This document shows positions 10,349 to 19,710 of a DNA stretch of 64,000 nucleotides, one piece after another. Below the pieces are notes generated by a model that was not told the origin of the DNA, made no database searches, and saw only the letters and a program-made list of their open reading frames with translations. Source of the DNA: Bacteriovoracaceae bacterium (GTDB lineage Bacteria > Bdellovibrionota > Bacteriovoracia > Bacteriovoracales > Bacteriovoracaceae); contig JBLWTJ010000001.1 of the NCBI GenBank assembly GCA_048270185.1, positions 1,280,001 to 1,344,000 of the forward strand, in the 5' to 3' direction. Made by a program: the position numbers and the translations under genes. Positions within the stretch are counted from its first letter, which is position 1. Each line of letters starts with the position of its first letter.

Positions 10349-11079
10349 TGAAAGTTGGAATCATCGGTTTTGGACGTCTAGGAAAACTCATCACAAAGTA
10401 TCTTGAAGAAGATTTCACAGTTGAAGTTTATGATATAAATGAAAGTGTGAAGAATGAAGTTGAGGCACTTGGGGCCCGTTTTAAAACTCTTGAAGAAGTT
10501 TGTAAGAATCCAATCGTTATTCCATTTGTTCCAATGAATAAATTTGAATCCGTTATCAAAGAGATTGCCCCTCTTCTAACTCCTGATGCACTCGTTGTTG
10601 ATGTTTGTTCTGTCAAAGAGATGCCGGTTGAGGTTATGAAGAAACACTTACCTGAAAGCGTAAGCATTCTTGCCACTCACCCAATGTTTGGTCCAGACTC
10701 GGCAGGAGAGACTTTGTTTGGCACAAAAATCGCCGTCTGCCCTGTTCGCATTGAAGATAAGTACTATCAAAAGATTTGTGCCTTCATGCGCTTTCATGGC
10801 ATCAAAGTTGTGGAAACAACAGCAAGCGAACACGACAAGCAAATTTCTCACTCCCTTCTTCTGACACATATGATTGGAAGAACTCTTATGGATATGGATG
10901 CCAAGAAACTCTCAATTGATACTAAAGGTTACCGCAGACTGCTTAAAATTCTAAAAACAGTCGAGAATGATTCTTGGGAGTTATTCGCCGATATGAATGA
11001 GCATAATCAATATGCAAAGCAAACTCGCGATGAATTCCTCGCTTCATTTAATAAAGTAATTAAAAGGCTCGAAGATTGA
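10348..11079 (+). CDS. tyrA: Prephenate/arogenate dehydrogenase
   Basis: GIIGFGRLG Rossmann motif, DVCSVK, HPMFGP, EHDK. Confidence 0.92.
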   Translation: MKVGIIGFGRLGKLITKYLEEDFTVEVYDINESVKNEVEALGARFKTLEEVCKNPIVIPFVPMNKFESVIKEIAPLLTPDALVVDVCSVKEMPVEVMKKHLPESVSILATHPMFGPDSAGETLFGTKIAVCPVRIEDKYYQKICAFMRFHGIKVVETTASEHDKQISHSLLLTHMIGRTLMDMDAKKLSIDTKGYRRLLKILKTVENDSWELFADMNEHNQYAKQTRDEFLASFNKVIKRLED

Positions 11080-11912
11080 TTAAAAAAGATATGAAGGTAG
11101 CATTTCAAGGAACAAAGGGTTCTTACTCTGAAGAGGCTCTCTATAAGTATTTCGGAAAAGATGTCGAAGCAGTAGGTATCGCCCTGAGTGAAGATGTGTG
11201 CAGCGCTCTTGAAAATAAAGAAGTCGCTTGTGCTATTCTACCAATCGAAAATAGCATCGTCGGAAACGTCGATATCAATATGGATTTAATTTTTAAACAC
11301 GACTTCTTTGCCATTGGCGAACTCTACTTAGAAATTAATCACTGCCTCATGGCAAATCCGGGTGTGGATATTAAAGATGTAAAAGCTGTTTACTCCCACC
11401 CGATTGCCCTGGCCCAGTGCCATGGCTTCTTTAAAAAGAACGAGTTAAAACCTGTTGCTGAATTTGATACAGCAGGTTCAGCTAAGATCATCTCTGAATC
11501 AAAATCTAATAATGAAGCCTGTGTCGGTTCCAAGCTTTGCGCTGAATACTATGGTCTCAATATCATTCAAGAAAAGATTCAAGATGAAGCCGACAATTAC
11601 ACACGCTTTCTCATCTTTGTTCGTGAAGAAAATATTCCAACAGGAATTGGAAAAGAGAAAACCAGCATCGCCTTTACAACGAAGCACCACCCAGGAGCTT
11701 TACTTGGATGCCTACAAGTCTTTGCCAGTTACGATATCAACTTAACAAAGCTTGAGTCGCGCCCTATTCCACACGAACCATTTAAGTATATCTTCTATGT
11801 TGATTTCATGGGTGCTCTTCACGATCCTAAAGTCCAAAATTGTCTTAAGGAATTAAAGCGTGATGCCAATGGAATTAAGATTCTTGGAAGTTATCCTGCT
11901 GGAAAATTTTAG
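11076..11912 (+). CDS. pheA: Prephenate dehydratase with ACT domain
   Basis: VAFQG..GSYSE, PIENS, SHPIALAQC, NYTRF, NLTKLESRP, LGSYP. Confidence 0.95.
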   Translation: MIKKDMKVAFQGTKGSYSEEALYKYFGKDVEAVGIALSEDVCSALENKEVACAILPIENSIVGNVDINMDLIFKHDFFAIGELYLEINHCLMANPGVDIKDVKAVYSHPIALAQCHGFFKKNELKPVAEFDTAGSAKIISESKSNNEACVGSKLCAEYYGLNIIQEKIQDEADNYTRFLIFVREENIPTGIGKEKTSIAFTTKHHPGALLGCLQVFASYDINLTKLESRPIPHEPFKYIFYVDFMGALHDPKVQNCLKELKRDANGIKILGSYPAGKF

Positions 11913-11913
11913 A

Positions 11914-12687
11914 CTAGGCCTTAATCTTTCTGATTGCGATAAATGAAATATCATCATACTTAAGCCAAGTCTCATCTGTTTGATTTTTACAGAACTCCAC
12001 AAGGTTTTCAAAAGACTTGTCGAAATTCCCCTGGCCAATTAGTTCAGTAAGTGAATCGTGAGGTATATTATCAAAGAGCCCATCACTTCCTATTAAGATA
12101 GTATGTCCTTTTTTGATTGAGGCCCCTGAAGTCGATTCAATTTTAATAACCTCATCACCCATAAGATTATTCACATAATTTCTTTCCGGATGCGATAGTG
12201 ACTCTTCTTGGCCTAAGACACCGGCCTTAACCATATGCCCAACACCAGAGTGCGGAGTGGAAGTATAAACTTCATTTCCATGAGCATTCCAATAGAGTAT
12301 TTCAGAATCACCGACATGGTAGAAGCGAGCGATATCGTCTTTAATATGAGCACAAGCAAGAGTTGATCTTGCACCGGCCTTCAAGGCCGAAACACCTTCA
12401 TTTGCTTTTTCAATGAGATCGATACAATTATCACCGTCTTTATATGCGGCCAAGGCTTCACTAATTGTAACAGAGGCATCTCGACCGCGCGGATGCCCTC
12501 CTGCACCATCGGAGACCCCGAGGACGAAGGACTTTTCATCTCCACTAATGAAGAGTGAGTCTTCATTGAGATCATTTGCTTCTTTTAGTTTATGACGGGC
12601 CAGAAAATAGCCAATACGATAGTCACCGAAGTCAAAGAGTTCATGTTCGCAATCGAGAATGTCGCTAACAATTTTCTTAAATAGCAT
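11914..12687 (-). CDS. PP2C/PPM-family Ser/Thr phosphatase
   Basis: NEDS, SDGAGGH, VGDS, SDGLFD, DDIS metal-binding motifs. Confidence 0.9.
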   Translation of the reverse strand: MLFKKIVSDILDCEHELFDFGDYRIGYFLARHKLKEANDLNEDSLFISGDEKSFVLGVSDGAGGHPRGRDASVTISEALAAYKDGDNCIDLIEKANEGVSALKAGARSTLACAHIKDDIARFYHVGDSEILYWNAHGNEVYTSTPHSGVGHMVKAGVLGQEESLSHPERNYVNNLMGDEVIKIESTSGASIKKGHTILIGSDGLFDNIPHDSLTELIGQGNFDKSFENLVEFCKNQTDETWLKYDDISFIAIRKIKA

Positions 12688-13423
12688 CCGACCAATCCAT
12701 TACTTCTAAGTGGTAACGTAGCATACTAATATTTTTAAATCGATTTAAGATCATCCCGCGCTTAAGCCCACAAATAATGTACTTAATTGAAGGTGATAAC
12801 TTCTTATAATGCTTCTGTCCTCCTAGGATATCATAGAAAATGCGAATGATTTTAATAATATCTTCATCGCGATTATCTTTCTTTGAATCTCCCCAGTGAT
12901 GTAGATCGATTATTTTTAAATCGAACTCAAGACCAAAGCGGCGGATTATAATATTTTCAGTGTGAAGATCACCATGATACTCACCCTCAAGATGAATGGA
13001 CTCAACTCCAACAACAATTGAATAAAGTAAGTGGATAGCAGAGAAAATCTCTAGCCTCTTACCCTTTTGCTTATTGATAAATTCCGCAAGCATTTCTCCT
13101 TCAATAAATTCGGAAGCAATACAAGCGACTTTATGTCCCTTAAGAGTGATAATCTCGTGTGAAAGACAGTCCATCACGATAGGACTTGATTTTAACTTCT
13201 CAAGTTTTAAGGAGTATCGAGTACTGACCTTAAACTTCTTATTTCTTTGTGGAAAATATATTTTGATAGCTCGAATGGTATTCGTATGCTTTTCCTTAAC
13301 GCGGTAGACCTCACCTTCAAAACCAGCACCAAGCTTTTCGAGAATGATATAGCGACCAGCAATCACACGTCCCGGAATGAGATCGAAAGCTTCAATTTCT
13401 ACACTATCTTTGACCTTACTCAA
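12677..13423 (-). CDS. Short Hanks-type Ser/Thr kinase-like protein
   Basis: LGAGFEGEVY, AIKI, HGDLHTENI, KIIDL. Confidence 0.85.
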   Translation of the reverse strand: MSKVKDSVEIEAFDLIPGRVIAGRYIILEKLGAGFEGEVYRVKEKHTNTIRAIKIYFPQRNKKFKVSTRYSLKLEKLKSSPIVMDCLSHEIITLKGHKVACIASEFIEGEMLAEFINKQKGKRLEIFSAIHLLYSIVVGVESIHLEGEYHGDLHTENIIIRRFGLEFDLKIIDLHHWGDSKKDNRDEDIIKIIRIFYDILGGQKHYKKLSPSIKYIICGLKRGMILNRFKNISMLRYHLEVMDWSDAI

Positions 13424-14027
13424 GCGGTCCTCCTATATCATGATAATTCATATCGGAACGCGCCTGAATTTGCTCAAGCATAATCTTCTTAAATTCACGT
13501 CTAATATTAACTATTTCAAAAACTAAGAAAATTGCAAAGACGATATAAAAGCCTATCGACTTAAAGAACGCCCAAGTAGAAGTTGACTCATAGATCGCCA
13601 AGTACCCCATAAAGAATCCATTAATTAAAAGGAAGAAGGCCAAGTGGTACTCAAGCTTAAGCATAATGGCTTCTGGAACCATAACTTTCTTCTCCAAATC
13701 ATTCATCATCGTAAGCATTAAGCTCTTACCACGACGTAAATTAAAAATGAGAAAGCTACTCAAGAAGAGTCCAGTAAAGAATGGTTGTAATTTAAACCAA
13801 ACACCATCGTGCCCAATCAATGAGATCGGGCCAAGAATTAAAATAATAATAAAATTTAATTTTGAAATAGAGTGAATATGCTTAAAGAAAACTTTCTCAA
13901 AAATAATCTCTAAAATTGCCAGAGAAAGTCCACCAATAATAGCGATCTCGACAGATTGAGTTTCTTCTAAATACCAGTACAAAAGAGCTGGTAAGAAGGA
14001 GATGAGAAATAAGTTATTCTTTTTCAT
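13416..14027 (-). CDS. YciB/IspZ-family inner membrane protein
   Basis: Five TMs; WFKLQP, TWAFFKSIG motifs. Confidence 0.75.
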   Translation of the reverse strand: MKKNNLFLISFLPALLYWYLEETQSVEIAIIGGLSLAILEIIFEKVFFKHIHSISKLNFIIILILGPISLIGHDGVWFKLQPFFTGLFLSSFLIFNLRRGKSLMLTMMNDLEKKVMVPEAIMLKLEYHLAFFLLINGFFMGYLAIYESTSTWAFFKSIGFYIVFAIFLVFEIVNIRREFKKIMLEQIQARSDMNYHDIGGPLE

Positions 14028-14036
14028 ACCTGCGCA

Positions 14037-14822
14037 TTATGCTGCATTTTTACGTTTTTGGCAAAAGTCCTCAAACTCTTCTTTTATACAAGATGGTTCA
14101 AGAATCTCAATATGATCGCGCATAGAGTATAGCCAATCAAATAAGTAGAGCGACTTTTCAACAGAAGCGGCCCATATAATTTCACCATATTGATTGGTTG
14201 TCGAATAAGGATGACCTAGGAAAATTAGATTACTAATTGGTTGTAACTCATGGCCATAGGCAAGCTTTATAATTAAGCGTTGATCGCTGCCATCAATATG
14301 CCTTAGAGCATTGATATATTCTTCAATTTCAAATCGAGAGTACATAGACTGATAATCAAAGCTTTGGAATTCAATATCCTCTACTTCATTCATATCAATC
14401 GTAATTAGTTTCTTAGTTAAAATATCTTCAGTAATAATCTTGTAAACATTTTGAGAAAGGACTACTCTCCATGGCCTTACACGAATCGAAGATTGATCCA
14501 GAAAAGTAAACTCACAAACGCGTCCATCTTTTGAAGCTGCTTGAACATCTTTTATAAGTTCTCGATGACTGTTACTTGCAAGAAGTACATCTCCATAGTC
14601 ACGTCGCCAAGAAAGTGGCATTAATAAGAATTCAGTATCCTTAGGTCTCAGATCAACAGATAAACCATAGAAGTGAGATTTTTCGTAGAATAGGTAGAAG
14701 TCATCACGATTAATTTCATATTTCTTTAAAAATGATACTAAGTTTATTGGCTTTCTAATTTCTTCTAAGTGAAATAAAATATTCCAAAAATTTTGATCTT
14801 CCATAGACGAAAATGACGTCAT
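14037..14822 (-). CDS. Divergent WYL-WCX domain protein
   Basis: RVRPWRVV (WYL strand pattern); C-terminal WLYSMRDHIEILEPSCIKEEF (WCX pattern). Confidence 0.6.
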   Translation of the reverse strand: MTSFSSMEDQNFWNILFHLEEIRKPINLVSFLKKYEINRDDFYLFYEKSHFYGLSVDLRPKDTEFLLMPLSWRRDYGDVLLASNSHRELIKDVQAASKDGRVCEFTFLDQSSIRVRPWRVVLSQNVYKIITEDILTKKLITIDMNEVEDIEFQSFDYQSMYSRFEIEEYINALRHIDGSDQRLIIKLAYGHELQPISNLIFLGHPYSTTNQYGEIIWAASVEKSLYLFDWLYSMRDHIEILEPSCIKEEFEDFCQKRKNAA

Positions 14823-14849
14823 TACAGCTCCTTAAATAACCTACTTATT

Positions 14850-14877
14850 TTATCGGATAAAGCAGTCTATTCCTTTA
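14850..14877 (-). promoter_or_regulatory. Sigma28-like promoter upstream of WYL operon
   Basis: TAAA-N16-TCCGATAA on minus strand. Confidence 0.6.
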
Positions 14878-14912
14878 GTGATTTTTAGATAATTTAATGA
14901 GATAATATTCGT

Positions 14913-15413
14913 ATGGTACTGAAATCACTACTTAAGAATCCTGTACTGGCATTCGGAATATTAATATTTATTATCTTTCTCCTGCAGCTTAGAGATAACG
15001 GTGCTTTTGATAAAAGGGCCTCGAGTATGATGGCCACTTCATGTCGCTCAGTTAAGGTACGTCTTGATAAGTATCTCCACCCTTCTTGGAAGATTGAATG
15101 TAATAAAAATAACTTAGAAGTGACGATTCCAGCTGACACGAAAGTGATCCCAGAGAATATGGAAGATAAGCAAATTCTCAAGCAAGAAATGTACAAGGCC
15201 TTGGCCAATTCATATATCTCAATCTCTCGCTATGCTATGGAAGAAAGTCTTGAGCGTACGATGATGATTGTCGTGAAATTGATTCACCCACAAATGATTC
15301 TTTCTTCAATTTCTGAGGGAAAGTACGTGGTAAAACTTAAGACGCTAAAGAATAAGAATAATCTAGCTCGCCACATCCACCAAACTATTCAGGTCCAAGA
15401 GGTCACAAAATAA
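14913..15413 (+). CDS. Hypothetical membrane-anchored protein
   Basis: N-terminal TM, basic exported domain with two Cys. Confidence 0.7.
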   Translation: MVLKSLLKNPVLAFGILIFIIFLLQLRDNGAFDKRASSMMATSCRSVKVRLDKYLHPSWKIECNKNNLEVTIPADTKVIPENMEDKQILKQEMYKALANSYISISRYAMEESLERTMMIVVKLIHPQMILSSISEGKYVVKLKTLKNKNNLARHIHQTIQVQEVTK

Positions 15414-16289
15414 TTCGGCTCTTTCAGCTTTAAAGCACGTTGTGTGTCCATTCACTTCAAGACAGTATTGATAGGCATGAAGAAATAACCTTTTATCATC
15501 TTCACTATAGTTCTCATTATAGATAGGATCACCCACAATCGGAAAACCTGCATGAGATAATTGCACGCGTATCTGATGACGGTGGCCCTCTTTAAGACGA
15601 ATTCTAACGAGGCTCAAATTCTTCTCACGATTAAAGTGAAGTGGTTCAACATCAAGTTGTGCCTCCACACCAATATCGCTAATAATCATCTTCTCACCTT
15701 TTAGCCCACTTGAAACAAGTCGATCAACAAGATGTAATGATTCACTAACTTCACCATTTACTATAGCAAGGTAGGTCTTTTCTTTGGCGATTTGAGAAAA
15801 ACTATTGCGGAGATTTTCATGTATTAATTCATCTTTAATATAAATAAGAACACCACTTGTTAACTTATCAAGGCGATAAAGCAGACCCTTTTCATAATCA
15901 GACCGAGGATTACTTAAGCTTGGTAAGCAGAAATGTGAGCGCATGAAATTAAGTACAGTCTTCGTCTCACTATACTCCATGGGATGGCCATGAATACCTT
16001 GAGGTTTGTTAAGGACGATAAAAATATCATCTTCATGAATAACTTCGATACTTGGGCCAGTATAAATCGGATTCACATGGAAGCGATTAATGAGATCCAT
16101 CGGTAAATAGATTTCACTCTTTGCGATAACTTGTGACTGGAGTGCCATCTTTGAAATAAAAGAAGTTTTGATGGCCTTATTAGACAAATGGAGCTCCTCT
16201 TTGAGGAACTCCTTTAACGTATTTTTATCATTGAGATTACAGAAATTTTTATTGTGCTTCAACTTTGTGTCCATTACTTTCAAGATCAC
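15363..16289 (-). CDS. RluA/RluD-family pseudouridine synthase
   Basis: NKPQG, YRLDKLTSG, EGHRHQIRVQ, PIVGDPIY, LFLHA. Confidence 0.92.
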   Translation of the reverse strand: MILKVMDTKLKHNKNFCNLNDKNTLKEFLKEELHLSNKAIKTSFISKMALQSQVIAKSEIYLPMDLINRFHVNPIYTGPSIEVIHEDDIFIVLNKPQGIHGHPMEYSETKTVLNFMRSHFCLPSLSNPRSDYEKGLLYRLDKLTSGVLIYIKDELIHENLRNSFSQIAKEKTYLAIVNGEVSESLHLVDRLVSSGLKGEKMIISDIGVEAQLDVEPLHFNREKNLSLVRIRLKEGHRHQIRVQLSHAGFPIVGDPIYNENYSEDDKRLFLHAYQYCLEVNGHTTCFKAERAELFCDLLDLNSLVDVAS

Positions 16290-17094
16290 GTTTTCTAATC
16301 ATAAATTCAACCTTACGGTTTTCATTATCAATTTCCATCTGACTTCTGCCAGGTAGATCAGTTAAACGAGTATCCCCATAAAAGACAGTTGTGATTTTTT
16401 CAGGTGCAACACCACGGCGAATAATTGATTTCGTTACAGCTGTTGCTCTAGCTGAAGATAACTCAAGGGCATCACTTTTACCATCATTTGATACTTCGCC
16501 ACGGGCAGCGTGACCAATAACAAATAACTTCCAATTTCGCTCTTGTAGTAAATTAATTAGACGTTGATAAGAAGAAACTGCAATTTTTGATTCATCAATA
16601 GCAATTGAGCCACGCTTAAAGTAGATATTATCTTTAAGGCGAACAACAATTCCTTCCGCTTGTTCATAAACAGTTACATTTTCGTTTAGCTTAAATTCTT
16701 TTAAGTCATAACGCATATTTTTAAGTGTTTCTTCAGATCCACGATTAATTTCATGCTTATCAAGAATCCCTTCCATAGTTAAGAATTCAATTGGAAAAGG
16801 TTTAATTGGAGTTTGTGACTCCATCATTGTAGGAAAGTTATCTGGTGACTTACCTTTTTGGATAACTTCACCTTGCTGAAGAACGTTACCGCCAAAGGCA
16901 TTACGAATTGAACCAAGGGCCGCTTCATACTTTGCTGTTTCTGTTTTAGCGAAAGAAAGAAGAAGAACGAAGAATGTTAGAAGTAATGTTACGAGATCGG
17001 AGAATGTCGCCATCCAACCTGGTAAACCAGGGGCACATGGAGGACATTTAGCTTTCCCATCATCAATTGTACCTGCGCTACTATCGTCGGCCAT
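16249..17094 (-). CDS. motB: Flagellar stator protein B (PomB-like)
   Basis: WMATFSDLVTLLLTFFVLL; OmpA-like domain LSSARA...NRKVE. Confidence 0.92.
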   Translation of the reverse strand: MADDSSAGTIDDGKAKCPPCAPGLPGWMATFSDLVTLLLTFFVLLLSFAKTETAKYEAALGSIRNAFGGNVLQQGEVIQKGKSPDNFPTMMESQTPIKPFPIEFLTMEGILDKHEINRGSEETLKNMRYDLKEFKLNENVTVYEQAEGIVVRLKDNIYFKRGSIAIDESKIAVSSYQRLINLLQERNWKLFVIGHAARGEVSNDGKSDALELSSARATAVTKSIIRRGVAPEKITTVFYGDTRLTDLPGRSQMEIDNENRKVEFMIRKRDLESNGHKVEAQ

Positions 17095-17152
17095 TTCTTA
17101 CTCCTTGAAGTTTCTTAGTATTTATTCCTTAAATACGCCTTAAATATTTTTA

Positions 17153-17923
17153 TTACTCTTCCCCACCATCATCTTCAGATGATCTTTCACTTGGAGGTAG
17201 GAATGAATTAAGTTTCTCAATAATCATACGTGGGTTCTCACCAGCAACAATTCCTAATGTCCCCGCGATCACGATACTCATGGACATAAGCTCCATTGAA
17301 GATCGATACTCAATTTTATTTTTAAGAGGGTTGGCAAAAACGTTGGCAACAACCGCACCATAGAAAGTCGTAAGAAGGGCAACGGCCATGGCCGGACCAA
17401 TTGCTGACGGATCTGAAAGGTTCTGAAGCATCTGAACTAGACCGATTAGGGTCCCGATCATCCCCATAGCAGGTCCATCGGCAGCAACACCATCAAAAAC
17501 GTCTGCACCAGTTTTGTGACGAGACTCCATTGAATCAATATCCATTTGTAGAATTGCAGCAATAACTTCTGGTGGCCTATTATCTGCAGCAAGTGTCATT
17601 GCTTTCTTCATAAAAGGATCATCAATTTCTGCTTTCTCAAGGGCAAAGACCGACTCACGTCTAGCTAGTTCTGCTAATTCTTTAATCTTATTAATTTTGT
17701 CTTTAGGATCGACTGCTGTGAAGAAAATTGACTTCATGGCAATTGAGACAAGTCCTTTAATAACTTCCATTGGCCAGCGGTATAAGGTAACCCCTACAAG
17801 ACCGAGACCAACGACGAGAACTGAAGGTACATCGATAAAGATCGAAATCGATCCCCCCGACATAATAGAACCTAAGATCCCACCGACTGCTAATACTAAA
17901 CCTATGACTGATGCTATATCCAT
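17153..17923 (-). CDS. motA: Flagellar stator protein A (PomA-like)
   Basis: GPAMGMIGTLIGLVQML, GPAMAVALLTTFYG, GENPR. Confidence 0.95.
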   Translation of the reverse strand: MDIASVIGLVLAVGGILGSIMSGGSISIFIDVPSVLVVGLGLVGVTLYRWPMEVIKGLVSIAMKSIFFTAVDPKDKINKIKELAELARRESVFALEKAEIDDPFMKKAMTLAADNRPPEVIAAILQMDIDSMESRHKTGADVFDGVAADGPAMGMIGTLIGLVQMLQNLSDPSAIGPAMAVALLTTFYGAVVANVFANPLKNKIEYRSSMELMSMSIVIAGTLGIVAGENPRMIIEKLNSFLPPSERSSEDDGGEE

Positions 17924-17960
17924 ACAACATTCCTATTAGAATTTTTTCATTTCATTCTAA

Positions 17961-17988
17961 GTATCGGAAATAAGAATAATGAACTTAA
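17961..17988 (-). promoter_or_regulatory. Sigma28-like promoter for motAB
   Basis: TTAA-N16-TCCGATAC upstream of a class of gene commonly FliA-dependent. Confidence 0.65.
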
Positions 17989-18080
17989 TAAAAAATTTAG
18001 TAAGTTCTTTAAATTGCATGTTTAGGAAAAAACTACCCTTGAGAACTAAGGAGATAAAAAAATGAACTTAGATATATAAA

Positions 18081-18107
18081 TGCCCTTCTAACGGAGTTAA
18101 AAGGGCA
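18081..18107 (-). terminator. Intrinsic terminator
   Basis: TGCCCTTTTAAC-TCC-GTTAGAAGGGCA followed by TTTATAT on minus strand. Confidence 0.6.
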
Positions 18108-18157
18108 AAAAGGAGATTATTGAGAAACAAGTCCTATGTTTCCAAATTTTTAACTGA

Positions 18158-18391
18158 CTAATTTACTTTAGAAATTTCGACGCCATTTTCTTCAAAAGTT
18201 GCATCGAGGAACTTAAGCATTTTTGATCTCAATTCATCCATTGAAACGGCCTCATCTACCATCAATTCTTTCTTAATGAAATCTGTTGGTACACCTGAGA
18301 TTTCAACTAAATCATTTAATTGCACCATAACATCCTTGTTGTGAGTATCTTGTTGTTGTGTTGTTGTGTCTGTTGTCTTTGTCATTTCCAT
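18158..18391 (-). CDS. Small hypothetical protein (77 aa)
   Basis: ATG 18391 with AGGAGAGGG RBS; helical LVEISGVPTDFIKKEL...MDELRSKMLKFL. Confidence 0.7.
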   Translation of the reverse strand: MEMTKTTDTTTQQQDTHNKDVMVQLNDLVEISGVPTDFIKKELMVDEAVSMDELRSKMLKFLDATFEENGVEISKVN

Positions 18392-18522
18392 TGACTTCCC
18401 TCTCCTGTAACAAATTTCAACGATCCATGTCGGAGCAATCCTTTGCTTCACTTTGTCACAAAAAAATCATATCTAGCGCGTTAAATGAATGTCAAAAGTA
18501 ACAAAACAGATGTAAGAATTTA

Positions 18523-19710
18523 TTAGATTTTAACATCCTTAAAGATAACCTTAAGGAAACTGTTAGCTTTATCTAATAATTCAAGATATTCGCTATGCGC
18601 CTCACTGAGTAAAGTGATTCCTCCTCCTGCCCCATATAGAGCTTCCTTAGAAGATTTTGACACACTAAGCGTACGGATATTTATAGACGAGGTCTTCATA
18701 TTTTGAAAATTTAAAACTGTTGAACCAGTGTAAATTCCTCGGGAATTATTCTCAATATTTTTTATAAGTTTTAGTACTCTCTTCTTTGGAGCACCAGTGA
18801 TACTGCCTCCAGGGAAGATGGCCTTGAGAATTTTTGCACTATCGTACTCGTCCATGGCCACACTAATTTGTGAATATTGATGAATCAGGCCCGGTACTCG
18901 AAAGAACTCTCTTTTAGCGTCCACTTGCGAAAAAGAGTCTCCAATTCTTGAAAGATCATTTCTAAGAAGATCGGTAATAATATTTAGCTCACTCTCATTC
19001 TTCTCATCTCCAGTAAAGCTCTCAATACCCTGTTCTTCTCTGACTGTTCCTTTGATAGGTCTTGATATCACACGGCCATTTTTAAAGCAGTACAGACACT
19101 CTGGTGAGTTACTGATAATGAGCTCATCATTTACTTCTAAATTTATGAGATGGGCAAACTCACTGAGGTTTGAAAAAGTCTCTTGGCACAAGAAAGTTTT
19201 CTCAAGTTTATCAAGATCATCGACTTCAAACTTCAAAAGAGAAGTGAGATTTAATTGGTAGCAATTACCATCGAGGAGATTTTCATAAGTCTTTTTAAAT
19301 TTCTCTTCATATTCTTTAAAAGAAATAATACTTAAAGGCTTCGCAGTTGTTTGATCAACATCTTTTAGTGGCTTTATTTCACATGACTCGCTAAAGTCGA
19401 TAAATGTAGCAAGCTCGACTTCCACTTCTTCACTAACTTCTCCCCATTCAAAGAGCATTCCTAATTCATAGTAGAGAACTTGTACTTGCCAGGTATCACT
19501 TAAAATTTCATGAAAGGATTCTTTTGAAAAAGGAAGTGTTATTCCTTTTAGGTAATCATGGATAAATAGATTTGTGACTCGAATATATCGAGAAGGCTTA
19601 CTTAAAGATAAGAAGCCTTCTTCTTTTTTAAAGAAAGCGTATGACTTAATGGCCAGGTCTTGCATCATCTTGTGCATAGGCCACATTTTCAAAGCTTGTG
19701 TGAGCACCAA
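18523..19710 (-). CDS. pabB: Chorismate-binding enzyme, PabB/TrpE-like (start uncertain)
   Basis: GNCYQLNLT, NSPEC, RPIKGT, DLLRNDL, FPGGSITGAPK, GAGGGIT. Confidence 0.8.
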   Translation of the reverse strand: MVLTQALKMWPMHKMMQDLAIKSYAFFKKEEGFLSLSKPSRYIRVTNLFIHDYLKGITLPFSKESFHEILSDTWQVQVLYYELGMLFEWGEVSEEVEVELATFIDFSESCEIKPLKDVDQTTAKPLSIISFKEYEEKFKKTYENLLDGNCYQLNLTSLLKFEVDDLDKLEKTFLCQETFSNLSEFAHLINLEVNDELIISNSPECLYCFKNGRVISRPIKGTVREEQGIESFTGDEKNESELNIITDLLRNDLSRIGDSFSQVDAKREFFRVPGLIHQYSQISVAMDEYDSAKILKAIFPGGSITGAPKKRVLKLIKNIENNSRGIYTGSTVLNFQNMKTSSINIRTLSVSKSSKEALYGAGGGITLLSEAHSEYLELLDKANSFLKVIFKDVKI

